The notes: generated by a model not told the origin, from the letters alone. A stretch of DNA of 64,000 nt from Candidatus Nomurabacteria bacterium (GCA_023267215.1 JAHFNS010000001.1:174710-238709), one strand, 5' to 3'. Shown: positions 19,843 to 30,712, numbered from the stretch's first letter. Program-made: numbers and translations.

Positions 19843-20427
19843 TTATTTCTTAATAATTACAAAAGCTATGCCGTATTTAATGTTTACTTCTTTATATTCT
19901 ATATTTAATTCATCCAACTGTCTTTTCCATCTATTTAATGGAACAGCGAATTGTCCATTTGATAACAACTTCTCTTCTGTTTCATAATCCCCTTTATCCA
20001 TAACATGAATAGCAAATCCACCAGACCTGAGAGAATCATAAGAATTTTTTATTAGATCCCATTGTTTTTCAGTCTCTATAAATTTTAATAAAACATGAGC
20101 ATAAGTAATATCAAAAGGAGCGTTTGGTAAAGTTAAAGTACAGTCATGTTCTACAACATTTTCACCACCTAAAAGGTGATCAACTGTAATATCAAATGTT
20201 GTTATCAAAAGAGGCCTTGTGATAAATTCTTGAAAAATTTTCTCATGATAATATATAAATCTTTTATCTCCACAACCAAGCACTGCAATTTTTACTAAAT
20301 CACTTTTTGTTTCTAGTTTTACTTGCTTAAAAATAAGAAACAACTCGTCTCTTTTTTCTTTAACACGATTTTCAATTTCTTCGTCTGAATAACTTATGTA
20401 TTTTTTATGGTAATCACTTAATTGCAT
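19843..20427 (-). CDS. Class I SAM-dependent methyltransferase-like protein
   Basis: IAVLGCG, HDCT, FDITYAHVLL, LRSGG. Confidence 0.7.
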   Translation of the reverse strand: MQLSDYHKKYISYSDEEIENRVKEKRDELFLIFKQVKLETKSDLVKIAVLGCGDKRFIYYHEKIFQEFITRPLLITTFDITVDHLLGGENVVEHDCTLTLPNAPFDITYAHVLLKFIETEKQWDLIKNSYDSLRSGGFAIHVMDKGDYETEEKLLSNGQFAVPLNRWKRQLDELNIEYKEVNIKYGIAFVIIKK

Positions 20428-20476
20428 ATTTTTATATTAAATTTAAATTGTTGATATAATTTTTTCTCCTAATTTT

Positions 20477-22201
20477 TTAATACACTTCAGCTTGATAACA
20501 ACGTTCACAATAAATTATCTCTTTTCTATCTGGTGCGTAAGAAGTCTCGAATTCATTTTGACAGCCTTCTTTCATGCATTTGCGATGCCAGAGCTTCATA
20601 GGGTTACGCTTCTTTAATCTAGCCTCATGCCTACAAAGAAAACACAGATGTTGTAATGGCACTCCTATCTTTCTATATAAATTCAATTCATCTGGTGTTA
20701 TTTTATAAGCTCCTCTACAATAATTACTTTCTTTGTCTTTATTCTCACAACCTATGACTTCTTTTGTTATAGAATCATCAACATCATCTAAGCTATCTGG
20801 AAGATCTTTAGCTTCTATTGTTATTTCATATTCATTTGCCTTTTTATCTCTCCATCTATAACCCATCTCTAACGCCTTCTGTTTTGTTATTGGAAAATAA
20901 TCTTGAGCTTGAGTCTCGTTATAACAAAATGTCGAAAGTTCTGCTGGAAAAAATTCTCCATATTTATATATTCTTCCTTTTTTGTCCACATACGGCATAT
21001 TCATCATGTGCTCTTTTATTTTGGAAATTAACTCTTCATATTTTTCTTTAGAATATTGTTTATTTAAAATACAGTATTTTTTATTTCGTAATCCAATACA
21101 ACCAAACAAATTTGAACATCCATGACAACTAATGGAATATTCAACATCACTAGAACTATAAACCACACTTGTAAAAAGATTACGATAATTCCCTATCCCA
21201 GTATCGAAACATTCATACACAAGCTCTGCAAACCCTATACCAGGACCAGAATCATAAGTATCTTTCACATTTTTTGCCAACCAATGAGAATTTTTTGTAT
21301 CTTCAACATTTCCACTAATATCAAAACAGGTTTTACAATTCTTTGCACCCTCTAGATTATCACCTGTCGAATTTACAGTTTTTATCTGAACGGCGAAACG
21401 GTGTATTGTTTTTAAACAAAATTCATCAAATTTATTTTTTTGCTCTATGACACTTTTATGTTTCTTAAGATTTAATTTTTCTAAGCGTGTGTTGTATTCT
21501 TCTCTCGTTAGTTGCTCATTCCACATACAGTATGATTTGTTGCGCAAGTTCGTACAACCAAAACAATTTGTACAACCCATACAATCATATAAAAAATATG
21601 AATCAACACAACTTTTACAATTGAAAGAATACAATAAATGATAACTATCAGCACATATCATATCTTCATAACAAAGTTCTGAACGATGTAATATATAAGA
21701 ATCTAAACACTCCCTAGTTTCTGAAATTCTATTTGAATAGAATGTTTTCTCAATTCTCCAAGAACCAGAAGACATATAGCTATCTTTACTTTCTTCTGCC
21801 ACATTACAATAATCACTATTCGTAGCATGTATATTTGAAAGACATTGTATAGGAACACGGTCTCTCAATTCTCTCCATTGTTCAAAAAAATTCTTAGAAA
21901 AATCATATTCCTTTCCATATGAAGTAGAATCCCATGCATCACTCCACCAATATTCTGAATCATATACACAAACTTTTTCTTCTGGAGAAATAAAAGAAAT
22001 TATCGTTTCACTATGATTTGGAGCATCACATTTTCTTCTAAAGAAAGACATTTCATTACGCCAACATAAACGCCGAATAGTCCGACATTCCGGACAAAAT
22101 GTAGGTGGCGGAACTTTTATCTTTTCATAAAAATGAAAATCTTCAGATTCTATCTTAAATTCTTGCTTACAATTTTGACATATTTTAATTTCTTCTTTCA
22201 T
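20477..22201 (-). CDS. Cys-rich multi-zinc-module protein, paralog 3
   Basis: CQNC..CPEC, WWSDAWD, DFS, NCFGC, YGEFFP, YAPDR..IYCERCY. Confidence 0.9.
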   Translation of the reverse strand: MKEEIKICQNCKQEFKIESEDFHFYEKIKVPPPTFCPECRTIRRLCWRNEMSFFRRKCDAPNHSETIISFISPEEKVCVYDSEYWWSDAWDSTSYGKEYDFSKNFFEQWRELRDRVPIQCLSNIHATNSDYCNVAEESKDSYMSSGSWRIEKTFYSNRISETRECLDSYILHRSELCYEDMICADSYHLLYSFNCKSCVDSYFLYDCMGCTNCFGCTNLRNKSYCMWNEQLTREEYNTRLEKLNLKKHKSVIEQKNKFDEFCLKTIHRFAVQIKTVNSTGDNLEGAKNCKTCFDISGNVEDTKNSHWLAKNVKDTYDSGPGIGFAELVYECFDTGIGNYRNLFTSVVYSSSDVEYSISCHGCSNLFGCIGLRNKKYCILNKQYSKEKYEELISKIKEHMMNMPYVDKKGRIYKYGEFFPAELSTFCYNETQAQDYFPITKQKALEMGYRWRDKKANEYEITIEAKDLPDSLDDVDDSITKEVIGCENKDKESNYCRGAYKITPDELNLYRKIGVPLQHLCFLCRHEARLKKRNPMKLWHRKCMKEGCQNEFETSYAPDRKEIIYCERCYQAEVY

Positions 22202-22230
22202 TCTAATATTCTATAGAATTTTAGAATAGA
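22200..22230. repeat. AT-rich palindrome (family B) upstream of paralog 3
   Basis: ATTCTAATATTCTATAGAATTTTAGAATAGA, one mismatch from the reverse complement of 15841-15871. Confidence 0.75.
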
Positions 22231-22232
22231 TA

Positions 22233-24308
22233 CTATTCTAATACTTTTTTCAAAACATCTTCTGGTACTTCTTTAATTTCTTTTTTTTCTGTCACAATAT
22301 TTGCTGTATCTATTAAACTTTTTAATTTATCCATATCACTCCTACTTGCTGATTTATCTTTCAAGATATTTTTATGTTCAGGTTTTTCATTTTTTAATTC
22401 ACTCAGTGAAATTGCTGGAGGTTTAGGCACAACTATATTTCCCCTCTCCTTGGTAAGGAGAGGGTCAGGGTGAGGTAAATTTGTTTCATTCAACGCTTTA
22501 TCTAAAACTTCTTTTAATGCTGAATTATCTTTAGCTCCTAAAGGTTTTGATTTTATTTTAAATGGTTCAAAAGAAGGTTTTTTACTGAAAACTTTTTTAA
22601 TAGTTGAAAATATTTTAGGAGAAACAGGTGCTACTTTTTTAATTGGTGCAATATTTTTAATTGGAACAGCTTTACCAAATTCATAACACACAGGTTTATC
22701 TTCTCTGTATCTATCTTCTCCTTCTTTCACATCTATCTCTTCGTTTGTTATATCCTTGTTCTGAAATTCTATTCCTAAATCTGCCAATGGTTTATAAAAT
22801 TTTGTTTCATCTTGTTTTATTTGTTTCATTGAACCAGCCACTGGTTTCAATTCTCCTGCTTTTATTTTAGAGATGCAATCTTTACAATAAACAGCTCGGC
22901 CTGGTTCTGGTTTAAAAGGCACTAACGTATCTTTTTTACAAATAGAACAAACTGCCGGAAATTTCTCCATACTACCTATATCACTTTCGTTACCAAGAGA
23001 CATCCCGCTCCAATTATTAATTTCTCTTTCCACTACTTCTCTTGGTCGACAATAAAGTTCTCGAGAAGTCTTAATAACTTCATCTTCAATATCTTTGTTA
23101 CCAGATTTTACCATCGGCGGAAGAGTTTTAGCAGAAAATGGACGCGAAGAAACACCATCTATCATTAATTTCAAATAAATTTTGTAATTTGGCAAACTGA
23201 CAATATCTTGAGGGGTAAATTCTGGTTCAAATTCTTTTTCTAAAAATTCTGCATCATCTGCACCAACCCTAAAAATCATCATCGTGCCAACGTTACCAAA
23301 AATAGAATCTCTCACACTTGAATTTTTATCTGAAATTAATTGAGCAGTGTATTGATGTGCCACGGTCAAATTTAATCTATATTTTCTAGCCTCGGACAAG
23401 ATACCAGCAAAAGCCTCCGTCACGAAATTTTGAAATTCATCTACATAAAGATAAAAATCTTTTCTATCATCTTCTGGAATACGCACACGTTCCATTGCAG
23501 CCAATTGAATCTTAGTAATTATCATCCCTCCTAAGAGTGCGGAGTTGTCTTCACCGATACGCCCTTTGGAAACATTCACTAAAAAAATTTTCCCTTCATT
23601 CATTATGTCAAAAACATTTATGGTGCTTATGGATTGTCCGACTATATTTCGAATAATAGAAGTGGAAAGAAATTGTCCGACTTTGTTTTGAATAGGTGCA
23701 ATAGCTTCATTTCTAAATTTCTCTTGCCAGGCTTCATATTCATGAACCCAAAAAGCTTTAATGACTGGATCTTTTAAATTCGAAATTATTTTTTGACGAT
23801 AATCTTTATCCACCAACATTCGAGGTATACCTAATAGTGTCGAACCTGGAGTATCAAGCAAAGCTAAAATAGTATTATTTAAAATATATTCCATACGGGC
23901 AGACCAAGCATTTGCCCAAATTTTCGTAAAGATACCCATCAATCCAGAAGCCACTAAATGTTTATACTTTGGATCAACAAGTTCAAGTACATTGAAACCA
24001 ATATGAAAATCTGCATCGGCTGGATTAAAATAAATAACATCTTTCATGCGGTGTGGCGGAATGGCAGAAAGAATGGCTTCCACATTTTCTCCGTGCGGGT
24101 CAACCATACAAACGCCGTCACCATTTTCAATGTTCTGAATGATCATATTAAACATCAAAGCAGATTTACCAGTACCAGACTTTCCAAGAATATAAACATG
24201 CTGACGCCTGTCTTTGCGCTTGATACCAAAAAGCTGGTTTTTATCCCTGTAAGTAGTGTAACCAATATAAGTAAGTTCTTTATTTTTAGGTATTTCCTTC
24301 AGGTCCAT
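22233..24308 (-). CDS. VirB4/TrwB/HerA-like ATPase with CxxC-x17-CxxC domain and low-complexity tail
   Basis: [31 protein letters not shown]; CSICKKDTLVPFKPEPGRAVYCKDC. Confidence 0.88.
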   Translation of the reverse strand: MDLKEIPKNKELTYIGYTTYRDKNQLFGIKRKDRRQHVYILGKSGTGKSALMFNMIIQNIENGDGVCMVDPHGENVEAILSAIPPHRMKDVIYFNPADADFHIGFNVLELVDPKYKHLVASGLMGIFTKIWANAWSARMEYILNNTILALLDTPGSTLLGIPRMLVDKDYRQKIISNLKDPVIKAFWVHEYEAWQEKFRNEAIAPIQNKVGQFLSTSIIRNIVGQSISTINVFDIMNEGKIFLVNVSKGRIGEDNSALLGGMIITKIQLAAMERVRIPEDDRKDFYLYVDEFQNFVTEAFAGILSEARKYRLNLTVAHQYTAQLISDKNSSVRDSIFGNVGTMMIFRVGADDAEFLEKEFEPEFTPQDIVSLPNYKIYLKLMIDGVSSRPFSAKTLPPMVKSGNKDIEDEVIKTSRELYCRPREVVEREINNWSGMSLGNESDIGSMEKFPAVCSICKKDTLVPFKPEPGRAVYCKDCISKIKAGELKPVAGSMKQIKQDETKFYKPLADLGIEFQNKDITNEEIDVKEGEDRYREDKPVCYEFGKAVPIKNIAPIKKVAPVSPKIFSTIKKVFSKKPSFEPFKIKSKPLGAKDNSALKEVLDKALNETNLPHPDPLLTKERGNIVVPKPPAISLSELKNEKPEHKNILKDKSASRSDMDKLKSLIDTANIVTEKKEIKEVPEDVLKKVLE

Positions 24309-24357
24309 ATAGGTAAATTATACATCCTGTAGTCAATTTTAACAATATATTTCAGTC

Positions 24358-24393
24358 AAAAAAAAGACGGAAGCCTTGCTTCCGTCTTTTTTT
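24358..24393. terminator. Intrinsic terminator after dnaK
   Basis: A-tract GACGGAAGC-CTT-GCTTCCGTC T-tract. Confidence 0.85.
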
Positions 24394-24394
24394 C

Positions 24395-26317
24395 TTATTT
24401 TGTTTCCCCTTCAGGTTTTTCGCCTGCCTTATCGGCGGGTGAATTTTCTTTGTATTCCGCATCGTGGACTTCGGGATTTTGTTCTTCAGGAGCACTTGCA
24501 GGAGGAGTCTCAGCGCCAGCTTTATTCATAGCCTCACCGATTTTGGACATCTCAGCAGAAAGCTCTTCTGTTGCTTTCTTTATCGCTTCAACATCCGTTC
24601 CGTCTTTCACTCCACGAAGTGTAGTGATTTTCGTATTCACATTTTCTTTCACATCCGCAGGAATTTTTGCTTCATTATCTTTCAATGCTTTTTCAGCAGT
24701 GTAGATAATCATTTCTGCAGTATTTTTGATATCAACAATTTCTCTTTTCTTTTTATCTTCTTCAGCATGAAGCTCTGCATCTTGTTGCATTTTTTTAATA
24801 TCTTCTTCTTTGAGACCAGAACTTGCTTCAATCTTGATTGATTGAGCTTTACCTGAAGCTTTATCTTTCGCAGTCACGTTCAAGATTCCATTTACATCAA
24901 TATCAAATATAACTTCCACTTGTGGTATGCCACGTGGTGCTGGCGGAATTCCATCTAGAATAAAGCGTCCGAGTGATTTATTATCAGAGGCCATTGGGCG
25001 TTCTCCTTGGACAATATGAATCTCCACAGAAGTCTGATTATCAGCAGCAGTTGAAAACACTTGAGATTTTGAAGCTGGAATAGTCGTATTTCTATCAATC
25101 AATTTTGTACCCACTCCTCCTAATGTTTCAATACCTAAAGATAAAGGTATAACATCTAAAAGCAAAACATCTCGCACATCTCCTGCTAAAACGCCTGCTT
25201 GCACAGCAGCACCAAGAGCCACAACTTCATCTGGATTGATAGACATATTTGGCATTTTACCAAAAAGATTTTTCACTGCTTCCACAATCATTGGCATTCT
25301 AGTTTGTCCACCAACCATTATAATTTCATTTATTTCACCCATTTTAAATGGAGAAGCTTCTAAGGCTCTTTTAGTTATTTCAATTGACCTATCAACATAT
25401 TCTTTTGCTAAAGATTCCAAAGTTGCACGAGACATTTTCAAAAGTAAATGTTTTGGTCCACCAGCATCAGAAGTGATAAATGGGATATTTATTTCTGCTT
25501 CCATTGTGGTAGAAAGTTCGTGTTTTGCTTTTTCTGCTGCTTCTTTCAATCTTTGATGAGCAAGAGGGTCTTTGCGAACATCGATACCTGATTCCTTTTT
25601 ATACTCTTCAGCAATCCAAGAAATGATTTTTCTATCAATATCTCCTCCACCCATGTGCGAGTCACCATCTGTAGACTTCACTTCTATCACATCATCTCCA
25701 ATTTCAAGCACAGATACGTCGAAAGTTCCTCCACCGAAGTCATAAACAACTATTTTTTCATTTTTCTTTTTATTAAATCCATAAGCAAGTGCAGCAGCAG
25801 TTGGTTCATTGATGATTCTTTTGACATCAAGCCCTGCTATTTGTCCTGCATCTTTCGTTGCTTTTCTTTGTGCATCATTAAAATAAGCAGGCACAGTGAT
25901 GACAGCTTCTGTAATTTTTTCTCCAAGCTTTGCTTCTACATCTGTTTTTATTTTCTGCAAAATCATCGCAGAAATTTCTTCTGGACGATAAAACTTATCA
26001 GACATTTTTACTTTTACTCCACCATCTTCTCCAGTCTCAATTTTAAACGGAGCAGTTCCTTTATCTTTCTGTACTTCTGGATCATCAAATCTGTGACCCA
26101 TGTATCTTTTTATTTCAGAAATTGTATTTTCCGGATTTGTGACTGCTTGTCTTTTTGCAAGAAGCCCAACGATACGGTCACCATTCTTTGCTGTCGCGAC
26201 GACAGAAGGAGTGGTGCGATTGCCCTCCACATTTTCAATAATTTTTGGCACGCCTCCTTCAATGAAAGCGACTGCCGAATTTGTTGTACCTAAATCTATA
26301 CCTATTATTTTTGACAT
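24395..26317 (-). CDS. dnaK: Chaperone DnaK (Hsp70)
   Basis: [39 protein letters not shown]. Confidence 0.99.
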   Translation of the reverse strand: MSKIIGIDLGTTNSAVAFIEGGVPKIIENVEGNRTTPSVVATAKNGDRIVGLLAKRQAVTNPENTISEIKRYMGHRFDDPEVQKDKGTAPFKIETGEDGGVKVKMSDKFYRPEEISAMILQKIKTDVEAKLGEKITEAVITVPAYFNDAQRKATKDAGQIAGLDVKRIINEPTAAALAYGFNKKKNEKIVVYDFGGGTFDVSVLEIGDDVIEVKSTDGDSHMGGGDIDRKIISWIAEEYKKESGIDVRKDPLAHQRLKEAAEKAKHELSTTMEAEINIPFITSDAGGPKHLLLKMSRATLESLAKEYVDRSIEITKRALEASPFKMGEINEIIMVGGQTRMPMIVEAVKNLFGKMPNMSINPDEVVALGAAVQAGVLAGDVRDVLLLDVIPLSLGIETLGGVGTKLIDRNTTIPASKSQVFSTAADNQTSVEIHIVQGERPMASDNKSLGRFILDGIPPAPRGIPQVEVIFDIDVNGILNVTAKDKASGKAQSIKIEASSGLKEEDIKKMQQDAELHAEEDKKKREIVDIKNTAEMIIYTAEKALKDNEAKIPADVKENVNTKITTLRGVKDGTDVEAIKKATEELSAEMSKIGEAMNKAGAETPPASAPEEQNPEVHDAEYKENSPADKAGEKPEGETK

Positions 26318-26416
26318 ATATTTTATAAGGTTAATTTATAATGTTTAATAATTTTACTAATATTTCGCGACCACTAAAAACTTGTATAATTAGAGTATAT
26401 ATGATAGCATATAGGT

Positions 26417-26974
26417 ATGTCAAGTAAAAATGAATATTCTAATAAAATACTTAAAATTCTAGGTGAAAAACCAGTTATTCCTGTAGACGAAGTAAAAAGA
26501 ATTCACCTCTCCCCAACCCCTCTCCTTGATAAGGAGAGGGGCGAAGGGGTGAGGTCTGGCTATGCCTTAAATCGTTCAATAAAAAACTTAATTGAATCTG
26601 GATGCGTAGATATGATTCAATCTGATAATCAAAATTATTTAAAATTAACCAAAAAAGGGAAAAATAAATTAAACTCTATTAAGCTTGAAGGAGATCAAGC
26701 TCTCGTATCTAACACTTGGGATGGTTTGTGGAGAATAATAATTTTAGATATTCCAGAAAACAGAAAAAACGAAAGAGAAAGTTTACGTTATCTTTTAAAG
26801 AAAGCCGATTTCGTTTGTATTAAGAATACTGTTTGGATATCACCTTTCCCTTATGAACATCTTTTTACAAATATCAAAAAAGATTTAGGTCTCGGTACTG
26901 AACTGATGATTATCGTCACCGACAAAATTGACGAGGAAACAAAACTCGCTTTTTTGAAAAGTCTCAAAAAATAG
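26417..26974 (+). CDS. PaaX-like regulator (wHTH plus Cas2-like domain)
   Basis: LKLTKKG, WDGLWRIIILDIPE..K..R..LR..L, VWISP. Confidence 0.8.
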   Translation: MSSKNEYSNKILKILGEKPVIPVDEVKRIHLSPTPLLDKERGEGVRSGYALNRSIKNLIESGCVDMIQSDNQNYLKLTKKGKNKLNSIKLEGDQALVSNTWDGLWRIIILDIPENRKNERESLRYLLKKADFVCIKNTVWISPFPYEHLFTNIKKDLGLGTELMIIVTDKIDEETKLAFLKSLKK

Positions 26975-27067
26975 GAAATTTAAAAAATTTTAAGAGTCGT
27001 GTTGGTCCCCTGTCCTCTTGACTCCGAGGGCGAAGGCTCAAGAAATTTTTTGAAATTCCCTATTTTT
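26968..27067. repeat. Long imperfect hairpin element between convergent genes
   Basis: AAAATAGGAAATTTAAAAAATTTT...AAATTTTTTGAAATTCCCTATTTT arms around a GC-rich core. Confidence 0.6.
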
Positions 27068-27072
27068 TATTT

Positions 27073-28881
27073 TTAAATTCTATTTTTAAATCCTCCAGCT
27101 TGTAGATCCCAAAGTTTTTTGTAAACTCCATCTTGTTTATTTGAGAGTTCGTCGTGATTTCCATCTTCCACAATTTTTCCTTTTTCTAAAACAATAATCC
27201 GATCCATCTGTCTTATCGTAGAAAGTCTGTGAGCAATTACGATTGTTGTCTTCCCTTTTATAAGTTTAACAAGAGCATCTTGGATTAAGGATTCAGAGTG
27301 AGAGTCAAGTGAAGATGTCGCTTCGTCTAATGTGAGTATTGGAGCATTTTTGAGAATTGCTCGAGCAATAGCCACGCGTTGACGTTCTCCCCCAGAAAGT
27401 TTGATTCCTCGTTCTCCTACATATGTTTCATATTTTTGTGGTAATTGATCTATAAAGTCATCACAATGAGCCATGTGTGCTGCTACTAATACTTCTTCGT
27501 CTGTCGCATCTCTCCTGCCATAACGAATATTCTCCATTAAAGTACGGTGAAAAAGCACAGGGTCTTGGGGAACGAAAGCAATTTGTTCGCGAAGATTTTC
27601 TTGAGAAATTTTACTTATATCTATTCCATCAATCATTATCTTGCCATCAGTTATATTAAATAATCTCATTAAAAGACGTACAAAAGTTGTTTTACCAGAG
27701 CCAGAAGAACCAACAATAGCTATCTTCTGTCCGGCAGGTATAGTCAAAGAAAAATCATCTAATACTTTACTATTGTTATTTTTATAAATATAAGTCACTT
27801 TATCAAAAACAACTTCTCCCTTCGGATATAAAGCTACCGGCAAAACTTTTATATTTTTTGCAACTTCTACTCCATTATCAATTATTTCATAAGGTGTGTC
27901 AAAAATTAATGCCATTTCTTGAGCGTTAGAAAAACTGTCATAGTAAGTTCTAATGATTCCAGCAAAACCCCATAAACTATCACCGAGACGGACAAAATAA
28001 GTTTGTAATAATATCATTACAGGTAAAGTGATAAGAGAGATTTGCCAATCACTAATAGCTACCCAAAAAATAATAAATTCAGTAATAACTAAATAAAAAC
28101 TTTGAACAAGAGTGAGCCCTTCCCACAAGTACCAATTGAAAATAGTTGCTTTTTGTTGTTCTTCAATCACTTCCCCTGTACGCTTCCTTTCGTATTGAGT
28201 TCCCGTAAAAAATTGTATCGAAGAATGGTTTCCAATAGCGTCAGAAACAACCCCATTGGTTTTACTGTCGGCAATAGAAGCTAAAACATCATACTTGAGT
28301 TTGTATCGAGTGTAAATAAAAGCTGTTAACAAAAATACAAGACAAAAAATACCTAAAATATAAGCATATTTAGGAAATAAGGTATAAATAGCTATGACTG
28401 TACCAACACTACGAATAAGAAGAGGTAATGCATTAGCAGCCATTTGATCTGTTAACCTTTCAAACGCATTAGAATATTTATTTATTTTTTGAGTTAATGA
28501 TCCAGTAAAACTATTCGCAAAAAAAGAATGCGAATGTCCAATCATATAAGAAAAAGCTTGTTCACGTAATCCTGCTTTTACTTTTGATTCAAAATAAGCC
28601 AAACAAAATCCTGAAATTCTACGCATGGCCCAAGCAGATAAATTTAATATAAAAATAAAGATTATTATAGATTTAGCAATTGAGACAATTGAAAAATTGT
28701 TAACGCTTAAAACATCCCATAATTTCAAATATTGAAGTGGTATATAAACACTTAGAGCCGAAAAAAGTGTAGTCAAAATGATAACAGAAAAAAAAGAAAT
28801 CTTGTATTTCCTTATAACTTGCCAATAATATTTAAGCACCAACTTAAGGCGCAAATTTGAATAATCCTTTTCTTTTTCCAT
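27073..28881 (-). CDS. ABC transporter ATP-binding/permease fusion (MsbA/MdlB-like)
   Basis: N-terminal TMs, GSSGSGKTT, LSGGERQR, LDEATS.LD, IAHRLST; start taken at MEKEK. Confidence 0.93.
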   Translation of the reverse strand: MEKEKDYSNLRLKLVLKYYWQVIRKYKISFFSVIILTTLFSALSVYIPLQYLKLWDVLSVNNFSIVSIAKSIIIFIFILNLSAWAMRRISGFCLAYFESKVKAGLREQAFSYMIGHSHSFFANSFTGSLTQKINKYSNAFERLTDQMAANALPLLIRSVGTVIAIYTLFPKYAYILGIFCLVFLLTAFIYTRYKLKYDVLASIADSKTNGVVSDAIGNHSSIQFFTGTQYERKRTGEVIEEQQKATIFNWYLWEGLTLVQSFYLVITEFIIFWVAISDWQISLITLPVMILLQTYFVRLGDSLWGFAGIIRTYYDSFSNAQEMALIFDTPYEIIDNGVEVAKNIKVLPVALYPKGEVVFDKVTYIYKNNNSKVLDDFSLTIPAGQKIAIVGSSGSGKTTFVRLLMRLFNITDGKIMIDGIDISKISQENLREQIAFVPQDPVLFHRTLMENIRYGRRDATDEEVLVAAHMAHCDDFIDQLPQKYETYVGERGIKLSGGERQRVAIARAILKNAPILTLDEATSSLDSHSESLIQDALVKLIKGKTTIVIAHRLSTIRQMDRIIVLEKGKIVEDGNHDELSNKQDGVYKKLWDLQAGGFKNRI

Positions 28882-28961
28882 ATAAAGCCAAAAAATAAGG
28901 CATTTCTGCCTTGTTTTTACTATACCATAAAAAATATAAATCACCAAAATTTAACTCTTTC

Positions 28962-28989
28962 ACACATATACGCTATCGCTGATATGTGT
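28962..28989. repeat. Palindrome family C right after the stop of paralog 4
   Basis: ACACATATACGCTATCGCTGATATGTGT; related to 32630-32665 and 30713-30732. Confidence 0.7.
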
Positions 28990-28990
28990 A

Positions 28991-30706
28991 TTAGTATATC
29001 TCTTTTTTATAACATTCACTACAAATGACTTTTTTAGGGCCACCCTCTGACTCCGATCTATATGTCGTATCTATTTCTTTTTTACATAAAAAACACGATC
29101 TCCTATTTAATCTCATTGGATTACGAAGTTTTAATCTTCTATTGTGTCGTTCATCTGGATGGACAGACGGCAAAGGTAAATCAAATCTTCTATAAAAATT
29201 TAATTCTTGTTCTATTATTTTGAAAGGCCTGCCAGTAACTTCACATTCAATGACCTCATTTAAAATTGAATCATCTACTTCAGAAATTGTTTGTGGTAAA
29301 TCTTTACCTTTTATTGTAACTTTATAAGAACCAGAAATATACTCACGCCAAAGATATCCTTTTTCTTCTGCTATTTTTTCACTAATTGGAAAATAATCTT
29401 GAGCAACAGTTTCATTATAGGCAAATGGCGAAAGTTCAGATGGAAAAAATTCACCAAACTTATATATTTTCCCCTCTTTATCTACATATGGCATATCTAG
29501 CATATGCTGTTTGATTTTTGGAAGCAAATTTTCATATTCCTCTTTCGTATATTGTTTATTTAAAATACAATATTTTTTTCTATTCATTTCTGTGCAACCA
29601 AAACAATCCTGACAGTTATTCATCATAAAACTATAATAGATATCCCTAGAATACCAAATAATGGCACCTAAAAAACATCTACTGTTGTAAACACCAATAC
29701 TTATGCCTTCGTAAGTTAATTCTGAATTACCTCCAGATCCAGGGCCTACATCATAGGCATCACTACATCCTTGACTACCCCAATTTGCATATTTTACATT
29801 TTGAAATTCACCATCTAAATCAAAAACGTTATAACAATTGCGTGAATTATATACGTGATCACCAACAACATTTGTCGTGTTTATAAGTTTTACATCTCTG
29901 TGTAAAGCTTCCTGCCAAAGTTTTTTAAATTTATTTCTAGCTTCTTCTATGCCATGACGTGTATCAAGAGCAAGCGCATCTTTCTTTTTCAAATATTCTT
30001 CTTTTGTATATTGAATATTCTCAATACAATAATTTTTGTTTCTCAAATTTGTGCACAAAACACAATCCGAACAATTTCTACAGTCATATAGGAAATAAGA
30101 ATCCAAACATCCTTCACTTTCTAGTGAAAAAAATAATCGACTAGAATCTCGGCAATATACATTTTCATATCCAAATTCCATATCATAACAAATATAAGAA
30201 TCTTGAATAAATTTACATCTAGAGACCCTGTTGCAATATAAAGAATCCTCACAATTCCAAGCTGCAGTAATTAAATAACAATTTTTTAGTTCTACACTTA
30301 CATTACAAAATCTAGAATTTACCGACTTTGAATCGGATAAGGCAAGATGTGGTACTTCCTCTATAAGATTAGCAAATTGCTCAAAAAATGGCTTAGAAAA
30401 ATCATAATCTCTGCCATGGGAAGATGAATCCCATCGATCGCTCCACCACATTTCCTTATCATAAGTTTTTACCTTAGCATCAGGATGAAAAACTGAAATA
30501 ATTAAATCTTTTTTACCCTCTTCTGCATTTGGTCTCTTAAAAAGTGAATGTTCATTACGCCAAACAAGCCGACGAATAAGTCTACACTCCGGACACCAAG
30601 TCGGCGGAGGGACTTTTATTTTTTCATAAAATTTAAAATCTTCCGGTTCTATCATGAAGTTTTGTTTACAATTCTGACATATTCTTTTTTCTTGTTTATA
30701 TTCCAT
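28991..30706 (-). CDS. Cys-rich multi-zinc-module protein, paralog 4
   Basis: MEYKQEKRICQNC, WWSDRWD, DCFGC, FGEFFP, CFLC..CSECY. Confidence 0.9.
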   Translation of the reverse strand: MEYKQEKRICQNCKQNFMIEPEDFKFYEKIKVPPPTWCPECRLIRRLVWRNEHSLFKRPNAEEGKKDLIISVFHPDAKVKTYDKEMWWSDRWDSSSHGRDYDFSKPFFEQFANLIEEVPHLALSDSKSVNSRFCNVSVELKNCYLITAAWNCEDSLYCNRVSRCKFIQDSYICYDMEFGYENVYCRDSSRLFFSLESEGCLDSYFLYDCRNCSDCVLCTNLRNKNYCIENIQYTKEEYLKKKDALALDTRHGIEEARNKFKKLWQEALHRDVKLINTTNVVGDHVYNSRNCYNVFDLDGEFQNVKYANWGSQGCSDAYDVGPGSGGNSELTYEGISIGVYNSRCFLGAIIWYSRDIYYSFMMNNCQDCFGCTEMNRKKYCILNKQYTKEEYENLLPKIKQHMLDMPYVDKEGKIYKFGEFFPSELSPFAYNETVAQDYFPISEKIAEEKGYLWREYISGSYKVTIKGKDLPQTISEVDDSILNEVIECEVTGRPFKIIEQELNFYRRFDLPLPSVHPDERHNRRLKLRNPMRLNRRSCFLCKKEIDTTYRSESEGGPKKVICSECYKKEIY

Positions 30707-30712
30707 AATTCA

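Noticed and set aside
16542-24308. Conjugative element or ICE
   Set aside because: No relaxase, integrase, other T4SS genes or att repeats; the ATPases sit among core chaperone genes.
25655-26293. Long antisense ORFs (212 aa opposite dnaK, 215 aa opposite infB, and other shadow ORFs)
   Set aside because: They overlap well-supported genes on the other strand or frame and show no recognisable motifs.
26318-26416. CIRCE operator upstream of dnaK
   Set aside because: No TTAGCACTC-N9-GAGTGCTAA match here or upstream of grpE.
26417-26974. cas2 gene or CRISPR locus
   Set aside because: The Cas2-like segment is fused to a wHTH as in PaaX-like regulators; no cas1 and no repeat-spacer array.
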